From Candidatus Micrarchaeota archaeon (GTDB lineage Archaea > Micrarchaeota > Micrarchaeia > Norongarragalinales > Norongarragalinaceae): a stretch of 64,000 bases of DNA. Position 1 is the first letter of the stretch, and each line of letters starts with the position of its first letter. Location of the stretch: assembly GCA_043822385.1 (NCBI GenBank), contig JBDRBT010000014.1, positions 164-64,163 of the forward strand. The letters are read 5' to 3'. Under the pieces are notes generated by a model that was given only the letters and a program-made list of their open reading frames with translations, was not told where the DNA came from and did not search any database. The translations under genes were made by a program, and so were the position numbers. Of this stretch, positions 8,294 to 17,457 are shown piece after piece.

Positions 8294-9189
8294 AGTGTTC
8301 TGAATGCGGTAGCAATAAAGTAAAGCGAGACTCAGAAAGAGGAGAAGTAGTTTGCAGTGATTGCGGACTAGTTCTTGAAGAAAATGTAGTCCAAGAAGGA
8401 CCTGAATGGAGGGCTTTCGACGCTGAACAAAGAGCTACTCGCGCTAGAACAGGCGCTCCATTAAAATACATGTCTCCAAACAAGGGCTTAGTAACTGAAA
8501 TCGACCAGTACAACAGGGATGTCCGCGGCGGGAAAATAGCTCCAAGCCAGCAAGCACAATTATACAGAATGCGAAAGTGGCACAAGCGCGCTTCAATTTC
8601 AAACAGCATTGAAAGAAACCTAGCTATTGCCTTAACTGAATTAAACCGAGTAGCTTCACACTTGGGTTTGCAGGAAGTTATTCGCGAGAGCTCTGCATTG
8701 CTTTACAGAAAGTGCGTTGAAAAAGGATTAATTCGCGGAAGACAAATCGAGTCAGTAGTAAGCGCAGTTATTTACGCGGTATGCAGGCAATACGGAGTGC
8801 CTCGCACTCTAGATGAAATTTCTGCAATAGCTGAAATACCAAAAAAAGAAATTGGTAGAACCTTCCGTTTAATAACCCAGGAATTACACTTAAAGATTCC
8901 TTTAACCAACCCTCAATTCTACATTACTCGCTTCGTTACTTCACTGAAACTAAGCGGTGAAACACAAAAGAAAGCACAAGAAATACTAAACCAAGCTTTA
9001 GACAAAGGCCTAGTTTCAGGTCGTGGCCCAATGGGTGTTGCTGCAGCCGCAGTATACATTGCTTCAGTTCTTGTTGGTGAGAGACGCACGCAAAAAGAAG
9101 TAGCAGACGTAGCAGGAGTAACAGAAGTAACAATTCGAAACCGCTACCGCGAACTAAAGAAGGCTTTAGCGCTGAAAGTAAGCATTTAA
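8290..9189 (+). CDS. tfb: transcription initiation factor TFB (TFIIB)
   Basis: N-terminal Zn ribbon CSECGSNKV...VCSDCGLVLEE, a B-finger/linker, and two cyclin-fold repeats ending in the HTH segment QKEVADVAGVTEVTIRNRYREL. Confidence 0.95.
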   Translation: MKCSECGSNKVKRDSERGEVVCSDCGLVLEENVVQEGPEWRAFDAEQRATRARTGAPLKYMSPNKGLVTEIDQYNRDVRGGKIAPSQQAQLYRMRKWHKRASISNSIERNLAIALTELNRVASHLGLQEVIRESSALLYRKCVEKGLIRGRQIESVVSAVIYAVCRQYGVPRTLDEISAIAEIPKKEIGRTFRLITQELHLKIPLTNPQFYITRFVTSLKLSGETQKKAQEILNQALDKGLVSGRGPMGVAAAAVYIASVLVGERRTQKEVADVAGVTEVTIRNRYRELKKALALKVSI

Positions 9190-9212
9190 TTTTTCTTCCT
9201 TCTTATTTTATT

Positions 9213-10430
9213 GTGGTAAAAATCAACGCGAAAAAAGCACTCTTGACGCTAGCGTTATTAAATGCATTAGCAATAACAGGGGTAATAGCTAACAAGCCAA
9301 CTGCATCAGTAAACAATCCTCTTTACAAGCCACCTGAAAAAATAGAGAAAACAATATACGCCTACCCGTTTCACGAAGAAATAAGTAAAAATCTAGCTGA
9401 AGCCAAGAAAAAATACAAAAACGTCAAAAATATTGATTTAGTTGATCCTTTCTTTATGCAAGCGCTAGCAGTAAAAGAAAGCGGGCAATTCCCTTGGGTA
9501 GTAAACCGGCCGAGTAAAAACGAAACTGATGTTGGCTTGTTTCAAATAACTCCACTAGCTTTAGAAGAAGCTAAACGCATAGGCGCAGTGCACAAAAACA
9601 CTACACTCAAAGACTTGTTTTACTACCATCCTGACGCGGGAAAACTAAAAGAGTTAGCTTCATGGCACAGGCAGTACGTTACGGATGAAGAGGGAGTGAA
9701 AAGAACTTTTCACGACTGGCTTAAAAACGAAGTAGAAAAAAACATTAAAGAACGCAAACAATTGACTAGAGACCCCACTCCTCAAGAAATACAAGAACAC
9801 AATAAACAAGCCCTAGAAAAAAACATTACGATCGCAGCGAATATAGTTTTAGAACACTTGAAACAACTTGAAAAATCCGGCACATACAAAGGAAACGAAT
9901 CGTTAACTGGTTGGGGCGCAAAATACTTCAACCAACTCGATGAAAAAACCAAACGAGAAATTCTTGCAATGAGTTACTTGACTGGCGTAAACCAAGCTAA
10001 AAACAAAACTAAACTAGCACAATCAAAAGAAAAAGTCGACCCCCTGAAAATACAGTACGGTAAAGACCATCACTATGTTTGGAACAAATTAAAAAACGGC
10101 GGAACTAAAGAAATATCGTTCAAAGACTACCCCCCAAGAAACAAAACGGAAGAAATAATACTCAATACGCTTGGAGAAGCTCGTTTCAAAAAACTCCGGA
10201 AAACCAAGGGAACAGAAATACCTTGGGGGCGGATAGCTGGCGCAACTCTTTTAGTAACGCAATTCTTGTTGCTTGAAAGAAAACGCAAGAAAATACTAAA
10301 AACAAGAAAAGAACAAGAATCATGGAAGGGCCCTATTAAAAAAACAATTGAGCCAGAAAGGGGAGAACGAAAGCCATTGTGGGACGGAAAAATCAAGCCA
10401 AGAGAAGGACCGTCTAGAACAAAGAAATAA
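9213..10430 (+). CDS. membrane-anchored lytic-transglycosylase (SLT/GH23)-like protein
   Basis: GTG start. N-terminal hydrophobic signal/anchor LLTLALLNALAITGVIA. SLT-like motif ALAVKESGQF...DVGLFQITPLALEEAKRIG. C-terminal TM segment (IAGATLLVTQFLLL) followed by a basic tail. Confidence 0.55.
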   Translation: MVKINAKKALLTLALLNALAITGVIANKPTASVNNPLYKPPEKIEKTIYAYPFHEEISKNLAEAKKKYKNVKNIDLVDPFFMQALAVKESGQFPWVVNRPSKNETDVGLFQITPLALEEAKRIGAVHKNTTLKDLFYYHPDAGKLKELASWHRQYVTDEEGVKRTFHDWLKNEVEKNIKERKQLTRDPTPQEIQEHNKQALEKNITIAANIVLEHLKQLEKSGTYKGNESLTGWGAKYFNQLDEKTKREILAMSYLTGVNQAKNKTKLAQSKEKVDPLKIQYGKDHHYVWNKLKNGGTKEISFKDYPPRNKTEEIILNTLGEARFKKLRKTKGTEIPWGRIAGATLLVTQFLLLERKRKKILKTRKEQESWKGPIKKTIEPERGERKPLWDGKIKPREGPSRTKK

Positions 10431-11460
10431 TTTTTTTAACCGAGTAATTAGTTTTCACTCCCATCGGCGAGTAATGCACCCTAATTCCCTTCACGCGTTG
10501 AACGAAATCAATAATCTTAAAGTTAACTGGCTTGTTGTAATGATCAGCTAACACTGAAACATCAAAAAAAGGCTTCTTGAATTCATCTTCAACTAAAAGC
10601 GACTCAAACAAAACACTAATTTTTTCTTTATCCGCATAAGTTCTTTCTTCATTCAATGAAATCATTTTTTTAACGAACTTTTCATCCTGCAAACCTCCAA
10701 CCCACAAAGGACCCGCAAACGTTTTCCCCTTTTTCTTCGAGAAAGAACGCTCTAACGTTTTTGGATTAAAATTAAGAAAACCAATATCCCTGTTTTTCTT
10801 CTTACTCTTTTTACACAAACAAATCGTTTTAACGTAATGATTCCGGTAAAACGAAAACAAAGGCTTGCACGAAAAACCTTTTTTTTCAGCTTCCAAAACA
10901 ACTTTCTTCACTAGAATGCGTAAAGCAATCTCGTGACAACAATCAATGCGAAGCGTCTTGCTCCCATAATACTTCAAAGTAGGTGCATTCTTAGCACACA
11001 AATTAGCCAAGTCAGTAGCAGTAACAGAAAAGAAAAAAGAATTCCCAACACAAGAAAAAACACTCTCTAAGAAAGGAGCAGGAGTACCAAAAGGATCCAA
11101 CTCAACAAAATCAAATCTCTCTTCACTATCAAAACAAAAACGATTAAAATCTTCCTCCAAAACACTGCCTTTTACTTTATTCGCTTTAACATTCTTACGA
11201 CAATACGCTAAAGCATCAGGATTAGCATCCACGAAAACAACCTTCTTTGTTTTATTTTCTAAAGAATAACGAATTCCCCGCGCTCCAGAAGCACACAAAC
11301 CATCCAACACGCTCTTGCTTTCGGAAGCGCCTAAAGCTAGTGAAGAAACACTCCGGCAAAAACGCATTACTGGATTAAAAAAAACGCAAGCGTGATGCGG
11401 ATCCTTTAAAGTTTCACCCGGCAAATACAGTTTCGCGTTTTCTTCCTTGATTAAAGGCAT
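10414..11460 (-). CDS. trm1: tRNA (guanine26-N2)-dimethyltransferase Trm1
   Basis: Motifs VLDGLCASGARGIRYSLE, VDANPDA, FDFVELDPFGTPAPFLES. The start is placed at the internal ATG 11460 (MPLIKEENAKLYLPGE). The 24 upstream codons in the track ORF look spurious. Confidence 0.85.
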   Translation of the reverse strand: MPLIKEENAKLYLPGETLKDPHHACVFFNPVMRFCRSVSSLALGASESKSVLDGLCASGARGIRYSLENKTKKVVFVDANPDALAYCRKNVKANKVKGSVLEEDFNRFCFDSEERFDFVELDPFGTPAPFLESVFSCVGNSFFFSVTATDLANLCAKNAPTLKYYGSKTLRIDCCHEIALRILVKKVVLEAEKKGFSCKPLFSFYRNHYVKTICLCKKSKKKNRDIGFLNFNPKTLERSFSKKKGKTFAGPLWVGGLQDEKFVKKMISLNEERTYADKEKISVLFESLLVEDEFKKPFFDVSVLADHYNKPVNFKIIDFVQRVKGIRVHYSPMGVKTNYSVKKIISLF

Positions 11461-11495
11461 TGAATTAATTAAATGAAAACAAGAATATAGTAGTA

Positions 11496-12824
11496 ATGAA
11501 GTGCTTAATTTTACGCAAAACGCTCTCAACAAACCCGGATTACTATTGCTATTGTGAAGACGACTTCGTTAAAGTAATTCAAGACTCTACGCAAAGCGAT
11601 TTCAATGAACTAGAAACAATCGAAGTTGAAGGAAGAAAAAAAGAAGGCTTGATTCTAGCTGAACAAATAAGCGTTTCAAAAGACGCTTCATTGAAAAAAA
11701 AGTTATTGAAAAAAGCTCAAGCACACGATTACGAGTTGTTGTTTGACGATGAGTGCAGTGAATTAATGAAGCACAAAACTAAAGCAACAGCGAAAATAAT
11801 CGCTGAAAAAGTATTGTTCTTAAAACCCGTCTTAATTCGATTTAATGACGATTGCGACGGGGTTTCTTCAGGGTTACTAGTAAAAAAAGCACTTCAAGAA
11901 TACTGCTTGAAACACAACATTCCGCTAGAACTACGAGAACAACAATTAAACTCCGCTATTTACTCTGTAAACGATTACTTGTGGGATTCAGACCGGCTTG
12001 AAGAAGAAGGAGTGTTGTTCTTGCTTGACTTAGGCGCTAATCACCAAAGCCAGCAAGCGATTCAAGAAGCAACGAAACACTACACGGTAGTAATCCTAGA
12101 CCACCACCCATTTAATGAAGAAACAGTAAAAAACACGGTTTTTTTGAGTCCAATGAATTCTGAAGGAACGTCATCACACACTACGGGACTACTTTCTTAC
12201 TACTTAGCAATGGCGCTCAATGGCAAAGCAAATGAAAAACTAGCTTGGTTTTCAATGCAGAGCGATAAAAGCATTTACAGAAAAAAAACGGATTACTTGG
12301 AACCAGTAGTAATAGATTACTTGACTCGTGACTACTCGAGTTTAAAAGAATACGAAAAAGTATTAGAGTCACAAGAAAAAATAAAGAGTCTTCACGACAA
12401 TGCCTTGCTTAAAATGAGGACTACGCTGGAAAAAACAGAACAAAAAATAAAAGAAGAAAAAATTAACAACGCTTTGCTGGTTACAGTTAACTTAAACGCG
12501 GTAAAGAAAAAAAGTTACCCCCCAAAAAGCCTTGTAATAAACAATATTCACAACAAACGCGAAGAAAAAGAAGAATTAGTAGCAACAGTCGGCCACTCGG
12601 ATGACGCTATTCAATTCAGGGTTTCTCAAGCATTATGGAAAAAAGGATTCAAGGCAACAGACATAATCAAAAAAATAGTTAAGGAATTCGAGGGAGTAAG
12701 CGGCGGCGGACACGAGCAAGCCGCTGCAATGCGTTATCCGCTTGAACTCAAAAACCTAGTTTTAGAAAAAACCCTTGAGGAAACAAGGAAAGTAATAAAA
12801 GAAACCACCGGAAAACACGCCTAG
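11496..12824 (+). CDS. DHH/DHHA1 phosphoesterase, RecJ/GAN-like
   Basis: DHH motifs RFNDDCDGVSSG, LLDLG, VVILDHHPF, and the DHHA1 motif GGGHEQAAAM. Length 442 aa is similar to archaeal RecJ/Cdc45-like nucleases. Confidence 0.75.
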   Translation: MKCLILRKTLSTNPDYYCYCEDDFVKVIQDSTQSDFNELETIEVEGRKKEGLILAEQISVSKDASLKKKLLKKAQAHDYELLFDDECSELMKHKTKATAKIIAEKVLFLKPVLIRFNDDCDGVSSGLLVKKALQEYCLKHNIPLELREQQLNSAIYSVNDYLWDSDRLEEEGVLFLLDLGANHQSQQAIQEATKHYTVVILDHHPFNEETVKNTVFLSPMNSEGTSSHTTGLLSYYLAMALNGKANEKLAWFSMQSDKSIYRKKTDYLEPVVIDYLTRDYSSLKEYEKVLESQEKIKSLHDNALLKMRTTLEKTEQKIKEEKINNALLVTVNLNAVKKKSYPPKSLVINNIHNKREEKEELVATVGHSDDAIQFRVSQALWKKGFKATDIIKKIVKEFEGVSGGGHEQAAAMRYPLELKNLVLEKTLEETRKVIKETTGKHA

Positions 12825-12861
12825 AAATCTTTTTTTAAACCAAAAAACTAAGGAGAGTATT

Positions 12862-13299
12862 ATGACTGAAAAATTTAATGTGTATAAACCAAGGAAAACC
12901 GGTAACGGCGCTGCAGTTCAATTTGATTTCAATGAAAGCGTTAAAGCAGTATTCGTTGAAACAACAATGCAGTCTGGAGAACAACAATTCGACTGGCAAA
13001 ACAAGATAGTATTCAAGCTCGCTTCCATGGACTCCGCTAAAATAATTACGGTTTTGGAAGGTAAGAGTAAGGGAATAGACTTGTTTCACGACATGAGTAA
13101 AAGCAAGTTTTCAAGCGATTCAAGCACTAAAAACACTACTTTAACGCTAAGCAAAGGGGATTACGGTTTCTTCTTTAAGTTAAGCAAGCAAAAAACAGAC
13201 GGCTCAGTGCAAACAGTTAATTGCTCGTTAAGCGAGGAGGAAGGAGTAATACTCCGCATTCTTCTTAGTAAAGCAATAGAAAAATCCTTCGGCTGGTAA
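12862..13299 (+). CDS. Whirly-like single-stranded nucleic-acid-binding protein (tentative)
   Basis: 145 aa. Block-wise resemblance to plant Whirly proteins: YKPRKTGNGAAVQF (cf. KGKAAL), FDWQNKIVFKLASMD (cf. YDWxxKQxFxLS), DLFHDMS (cf. EFFHDP), GDYGFFFKLS (cf. DGSGxFxxLSV), and a C-terminal ...AIEKSFGW (cf. ...LPxxxGW). Confidence 0.5.
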   Translation: MTEKFNVYKPRKTGNGAAVQFDFNESVKAVFVETTMQSGEQQFDWQNKIVFKLASMDSAKIITVLEGKSKGIDLFHDMSKSKFSSDSSTKNTTLTLSKGDYGFFFKLSKQKTDGSVQTVNCSLSEEEGVILRILLSKAIEKSFGW

Positions 13300-13301
13300 A
13301 A

Positions 13302-14648
13302 TTAAGGCAAGGTAGTTGCGTTTACGGTATTGCTTGCGTCACCCCCGTTTCCCGCAACATCAATTCCTTTAACGAAGTAATAAAACGCGGTAGCGTTAGT
13401 CAAACCAGCATCTTCATAAAACAAGTTAGTAGTGTTAACAACGTTAGTTCCATTCTTGAATACTGCGTACGTACTCAAGCCACTGTAAGAATCAGTTGAA
13501 GCACTCCAAACCAAGAAAACACTAGAGTTAGTAGCGTTAGCAACAGAAAGAACTGGTGCTGAAGGAACCGTCGCATCTACTTTCACGGTGTAATTACTAG
13601 AAGCGAAAGCCCTGTTTCCTGCAGAATCAAAACAACGCGCATTCCACAAGTAAACCCCATCACTCAAGGAAGCATTAATAGAATTAATTACGCCACTCAA
13701 AGGCGTGGTGTTTGTTGCTGCGGCAACCCAACTCGTTGCGTTGTGAAAAACAGAGCAATTAGCTAAACTAGCGTCACTAGGAATAAAAGAGAAAACAACG
13801 TTGTTACTCAAAAACCAAGCGTCGTTAGAAGGCGTAGACAAGGAAACAGTTGGGAGAGTAGAATCCGCGCCGGTTGATTGACTAAAATCACTTGTTTCAA
13901 CGCAAGTAGTAGTGCAACTAGTGAGTTTAAAGTGGTAAGTCGAATCAGCTTGCAAACCATTTATAGTGAAAGAGTGGGTAGTAACGTTAATTGTTGAAGA
14001 AACATTAGTGCCGTAAGACGAATTCAAGCCGTATTGAATCAAACTAGTTGCAGCTTGAGTAGTAATCCAAACAACAGTCATGGACGTAGCTCCAGGCGTT
14101 AAAGTAATGTTAGTGATGGTTAATGGCGCAACATTAATCGTAATTGTCGCGTAACAAGTAACTCCAGCTAAAGCAGTTACAATGTACTCCGCGCTAGTAG
14201 CAGCAGGCGGGTAAGAACACAACACAGTTCCCTTGAACGTGCTTGATGAAACAGGAACTACTTGAACCATAGAATTACCGCAATTAACAATTAATTGTTC
14301 AGACGGCATTTTGTTGAAAACCACGCTAACTACAGTGTTAACTTCAGCATCAACAGGATTCGGGTACGCTGAAACAGTGCACGACAAAGGCGCGTCAGGC
14401 GTTGGAGTTGGAGTAGCAGTGGGAGTTGGCGTGGCTGCAGTCTCGCATTTTCCATTATCCTGATTACACGCTGCTCCTTCACAGCAATCAACACCCAAAC
14501 CACAATATTCACCCGCAGGAACGCAAGAAGGCGCGTCAGGCGTTGGAGTTATTGACACTGAAGGAGTTGGAGTAACAGTCGGGTTTGTTTCTTCTTGAAC
14601 GCAACCAAGCAAAAGCACAGAAAAAACAAGTAAAACAATAAGTCTCAT
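13302..14648 (-). CDS. secreted/lipobox surface protein with Thr-Pro linkers, Cys-rich module and Ig/FN3-like repeats
   Basis: Signal peptide MRLIVLLVFSVLLLGC. Two TPTPDAP linkers flank CVPAGEYCGLGVDCCEGAACNQDNGKCE. The remainder is rich in N-x-S/T and beta-strand-like sequence. Confidence 0.65.
   Translation of the reverse strand: MRLIVLLVFSVLLLGCVQEETNPTVTPTPSVSITPTPDAPSCVPAGEYCGLGVDCCEGAACNQDNGKCETAATPTPTATPTPTPDAPLSCTVSAYPNPVDAEVNTVVSVVFNKMPSEQLIVNCGNSMVQVVPVSSSTFKGTVLCSYPPAATSAEYIVTALAGVTCYATITINVAPLTITNITLTPGATSMTVVWITTQAATSLIQYGLNSSYGTNVSSTINVTTHSFTINGLQADSTYHFKLTSCTTTCVETSDFSQSTGADSTLPTVSLSTPSNDAWFLSNNVVFSFIPSDASLANCSVFHNATSWVAAATNTTPLSGVINSINASLSDGVYLWNARCFDSAGNRAFASSNYTVKVDATVPSAPVLSVANATNSSVFLVWSASTDSYSGLSTYAVFKNGTNVVNTTNLFYEDAGLTNATAFYYFVKGIDVAGNGGDASNTVNATTLP
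14387..14550 (-). repeat. 23-nt perfect direct repeat inside surface-protein CDS
   Basis: AAGGCGCGTCAGGCGTTGGAGTT occurs at 14387-14409 and 14528-14550 on the plus strand. It encodes the duplicated TPTPDAP linker. Confidence 0.9.
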
Positions 14649-16168
14649 TATGAAAGTCTTAACACAGTTAAGTCATTTAAACTTTTTTCTGAGTAAAACT
14701 TTTCCTTAATATTAGAAGAAGAACAATGCAAAACAGCGTCAGCATCAAAAACAACTAACAACCCGAGAATAGTTTCAATGCTAGTTCCATTGTGTTTGCA
14801 TTCTTTTTCAAGCAAGCAATACAATTTCATTCCTTTTTTCTTCTTGAAGCGAAGCACTTTACTCTTCTTTTTTACGAGGAAAAACACAGCGAGAAACAAC
14901 GGCAAAACAAAAAGAAAAGAAAAATCAATTGTTTCTTCTTTTTCCTCCAAAATTTCTTTATTCTCCGGCAAAAACACTTTGGTTTTTTTAACGTTAGGCG
15001 AAGGAGAAACAACAATCAAGGGAGAAGGAATAATTTCTTCAATTGGAGTTGGCGTTTCTTTAACTGAAGGAAAAGGAGTGAAAACGGGGGTAACGCTTAT
15101 TTCACGCTCTATTAACGCAAACTCGAACAAAACTTCAATAACTGAAAAAGCAGGTAAATCGAAAGTTTTGGAAACACAACGAGAATCAAAACACTCGCTC
15201 CAAACTAATGAAGAGTAATTCAAAAAAGAAGGATTGGAAAAAGAAACCAGTAATTTAGAAAAATTGTGTTCAGTAAACCAATTTCCTTCACTAACTTCAA
15301 AACTAGAAGAAAAAGTTTTTTCTTGAGGGAAAAACAAATCGCACACCCAAAAATCAATGAAATCAAAAACGCACTCGCCTTCACCGTAGCCAGTAACAAT
15401 CAACAACCAATTCACTTGAACGCCAGTTTGACTTAACTGAGTTAAGGAATAAACAGGCTGAAAACTAGAGTTAACGTCAACTTCAAGCAAAGATTCTTCG
15501 CTATAATTTTTTGAATCAAAAGCACGCAGTTTCAAAACGCGCAAGCCGTCTTCAAGTAACGAAAAGTTTTTTTCAACGCGGCAACAAGAAACGCGCTCCC
15601 ACTCGCTTTGAAAAAACAAGTCATAAAACAACTCGTCTTCATCCGCATCAGTACTTGGAAGCCAAGAAATATTTTTAGCGCCGTACACTTTGCCTTGCAA
15701 CGAGTTGAAAACAGGTGCAGACGGGGGGGAATTTGGAAGCGGTTCGAAAACTAACTGTAGGAAACGCTGCCAGCCGCCCCAACCATTCTCGCAACCGTTC
15801 ACTCCAACTGAAAGAATTTTTAATGAAACGTTAGTTCCAGCAAAATCAGTTAAATCAACAGTTTGCCAATTCTCGTTAATGTTGCAAAACCTGCCTGGAT
15901 TAGGCTCGCAAACCATGAAACTAGCGTGCTGCAAGTCATTAACGAAAACGGTTTCGTTAACGCAGCGAAGGCTAGCGCAAACACTACCTGGACCGCCGCA
16001 ATTAGCTTCCTTAGTGTGAAAATCTGCTTTAAAGAAATATTGTCCAGCAGCACTAGGAATGAAAAAACTTATTTCAGAATAACCATTGTTTGGTTGAAAT
16101 AATTCGCTTGGCTCTAGAAAAACACCAGCAACAACAGAAGAAAAAAACAGTAATAAGTAAAACTTCAC
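14648..16168 (-). CDS. surface protein with N-terminal signal and C-terminal TM anchor
   Basis: 506 aa. Signal MKFYLLLFFSSVVAG, many Cys and N-x-S/T sites, a Pro/Thr/Ser linker, and a TM segment FSFLFVLPLFLAVFFLV followed by KKKSK. Its stop overlaps the start of the downstream gene (TAATG at 14648). Confidence 0.6.
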   Translation of the reverse strand: MKFYLLLFFSSVVAGVFLEPSELFQPNNGYSEISFFIPSAAGQYFFKADFHTKEANCGGPGSVCASLRCVNETVFVNDLQHASFMVCEPNPGRFCNINENWQTVDLTDFAGTNVSLKILSVGVNGCENGWGGWQRFLQLVFEPLPNSPPSAPVFNSLQGKVYGAKNISWLPSTDADEDELFYDLFFQSEWERVSCCRVEKNFSLLEDGLRVLKLRAFDSKNYSEESLLEVDVNSSFQPVYSLTQLSQTGVQVNWLLIVTGYGEGECVFDFIDFWVCDLFFPQEKTFSSSFEVSEGNWFTEHNFSKLLVSFSNPSFLNYSSLVWSECFDSRCVSKTFDLPAFSVIEVLFEFALIEREISVTPVFTPFPSVKETPTPIEEIIPSPLIVVSPSPNVKKTKVFLPENKEILEEKEETIDFSFLFVLPLFLAVFFLVKKKSKVLRFKKKKGMKLYCLLEKECKHNGTSIETILGLLVVFDADAVLHCSSSNIKEKFYSEKSLNDLTVLRLS

Positions 16169-16215
16169 GAAAACAAAGAGGAAAGAAAAAACTTAAGAGT
16201 TAGGTAGAAAAAAAA

Positions 16216-17256
16216 TCAACTAATAGTTTCTAACGCTTTTTTCCATAATGCTTGAGCGTTAAAAAAGGAATTGAAAGCAGAATCAAAATCACTTGAAATC
16301 AAGTCTTGAGGCGTTAAAACGCGTAATTCGTCTAAGTCTTTTAAAATATTTTCATTCAAATCTAAAGCATTAAATTTACTGATTTTTTCTTTGAAGTAAT
16401 CCAGCAAAAAACCGCGGTAAACTTGTTCAGCACAATCACTAGACTCAAGCTTCACGTCTTTTAGTTTAGCGTCAACGCATAAAGAAACAACCGAACCTTT
16501 TGCTTCGCTCAACAAATTGTTTACGAAAGCGCGTTCTACAGGTTGTTTTTCGTGTTTCACTACAGGCAATAAAGAAGCGTCAGATCCTTGAGGATTAAAA
16601 ACTTGAAAATCATAGTGAGGCGCTAGAAAACCAAATGAACCATCTTCAACTCGGTACTTTGACGGGAAAAAACAATAATTCTTAGCCACCTTCAAGGAAA
16701 CCCCCATATTCCCACCTACTAACCCGGATGAAGCGAAAACTTCTTTGGAATACTCTGGAATTCCTTTTAACAAAAGAAAAAGTTTTTTTTCAGTTTCTTG
16801 CTTGCTTGTTTTTTGTTTCAAATAATTTTCTAAAACACTCAATACTAGAAGAAGCAAGCCGGTACTGCCTGCAGAGTGGCCCAAGTACTTTCCGCAAATA
16901 ATTTCTTTTCCTTGCTTGAATAATTCGCGGTAACTAGCTAAACAATCATTTACAGGGAGCGTATCGTCATCAAAAAAAACGCAGTCTAATTCTTTTTTAA
17001 CTGCGTGAAGCAAGCCAATGTTGCGCAAGCCACCGAAGCCACTAAACAAGAAAGAAAATTCGTTAACAGAAGCAATAAAGTCTTCCTCGCAAACTAGTTC
17101 GCAGTCGCAATCAATTTCCTTGGTTAATCTAGTGTTTTCAGTAAAACAAGTTTTAGGGCTGATTACTAGAAAAGAATCGTTTTTGGATTGTTTTGAGTAA
17201 GCCGTCAAGCACTCTTTCAGCAAAAAGGGCTTGCTGGACAATATTACAACGAGCAT
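16216..17256 (-). CDS. hypothetical protein, possibly GT-A-fold glycosyltransferase-like
   Basis: 346 aa. N-terminal MLVVILSS beta-strand and CVFFDDDTLP (DxD-like). It starts 1 nt after the histone stop. The assignment is weak. Confidence 0.45.
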   Translation of the reverse strand: MLVVILSSKPFLLKECLTAYSKQSKNDSFLVISPKTCFTENTRLTKEIDCDCELVCEEDFIASVNEFSFLFSGFGGLRNIGLLHAVKKELDCVFFDDDTLPVNDCLASYRELFKQGKEIICGKYLGHSAGSTGLLLLVLSVLENYLKQKTSKQETEKKLFLLLKGIPEYSKEVFASSGLVGGNMGVSLKVAKNYCFFPSKYRVEDGSFGFLAPHYDFQVFNPQGSDASLLPVVKHEKQPVERAFVNNLLSEAKGSVVSLCVDAKLKDVKLESSDCAEQVYRGFLLDYFKEKISKFNALDLNENILKDLDELRVLTPQDLISSDFDSAFNSFFNAQALWKKALETIS

Positions 17257-17457
17257 TTAACGAGAGCCTAATTTAATATCTTCCTTAGTAACAGTCTTGC
17301 GTCCAGCGTGTTTAGCTAGTTTTACTGCTTTAGAAGAAATATCTAAACCAACTTCCTCTAGAACGTCGGTTAAAGCTTCAGCAGCATCTTGAGAAACACG
17401 GTCAGCACCTGCCTTCCTAATCAATCGCTCTACTGGAGCAATTGGGAGTATCGCCAT
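17257..17457 (-). CDS. archaeal histone (HMf family)
   Basis: 66 aa from the internal ATG 17457: [75 protein letters not shown] and TTTAAAGG TATA-like element lie upstream, inside the longer track ORF. Confidence 0.85.
   Translation of the reverse strand: MAILPIAPVERLIRKAGADRVSQDAAEALTDVLEEVGLDISSKAVKLAKHAGRKTVTKEDIKLGSR

Noticed and set aside
10348-10551. 67-aa plus-strand ORF spanning the end of the SLT-like gene and the end of trm1
   Set aside because: It overlaps two better-supported genes and has no features.
14387-14550. Perfect 23-nt direct repeat that could look like a mini repeat-spacer unit
   Set aside because: There are only two copies. Both lie in frame inside a surface-protein CDS and encode the duplicated TPTPDAP linker, so this is not a CRISPR array.
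14778-15218. 146-aa and 91-aa plus-strand ORFs
   Set aside because: They are antisense to the 506-aa surface-protein gene and are low-complexity Lys/Phe-rich mirror translations.
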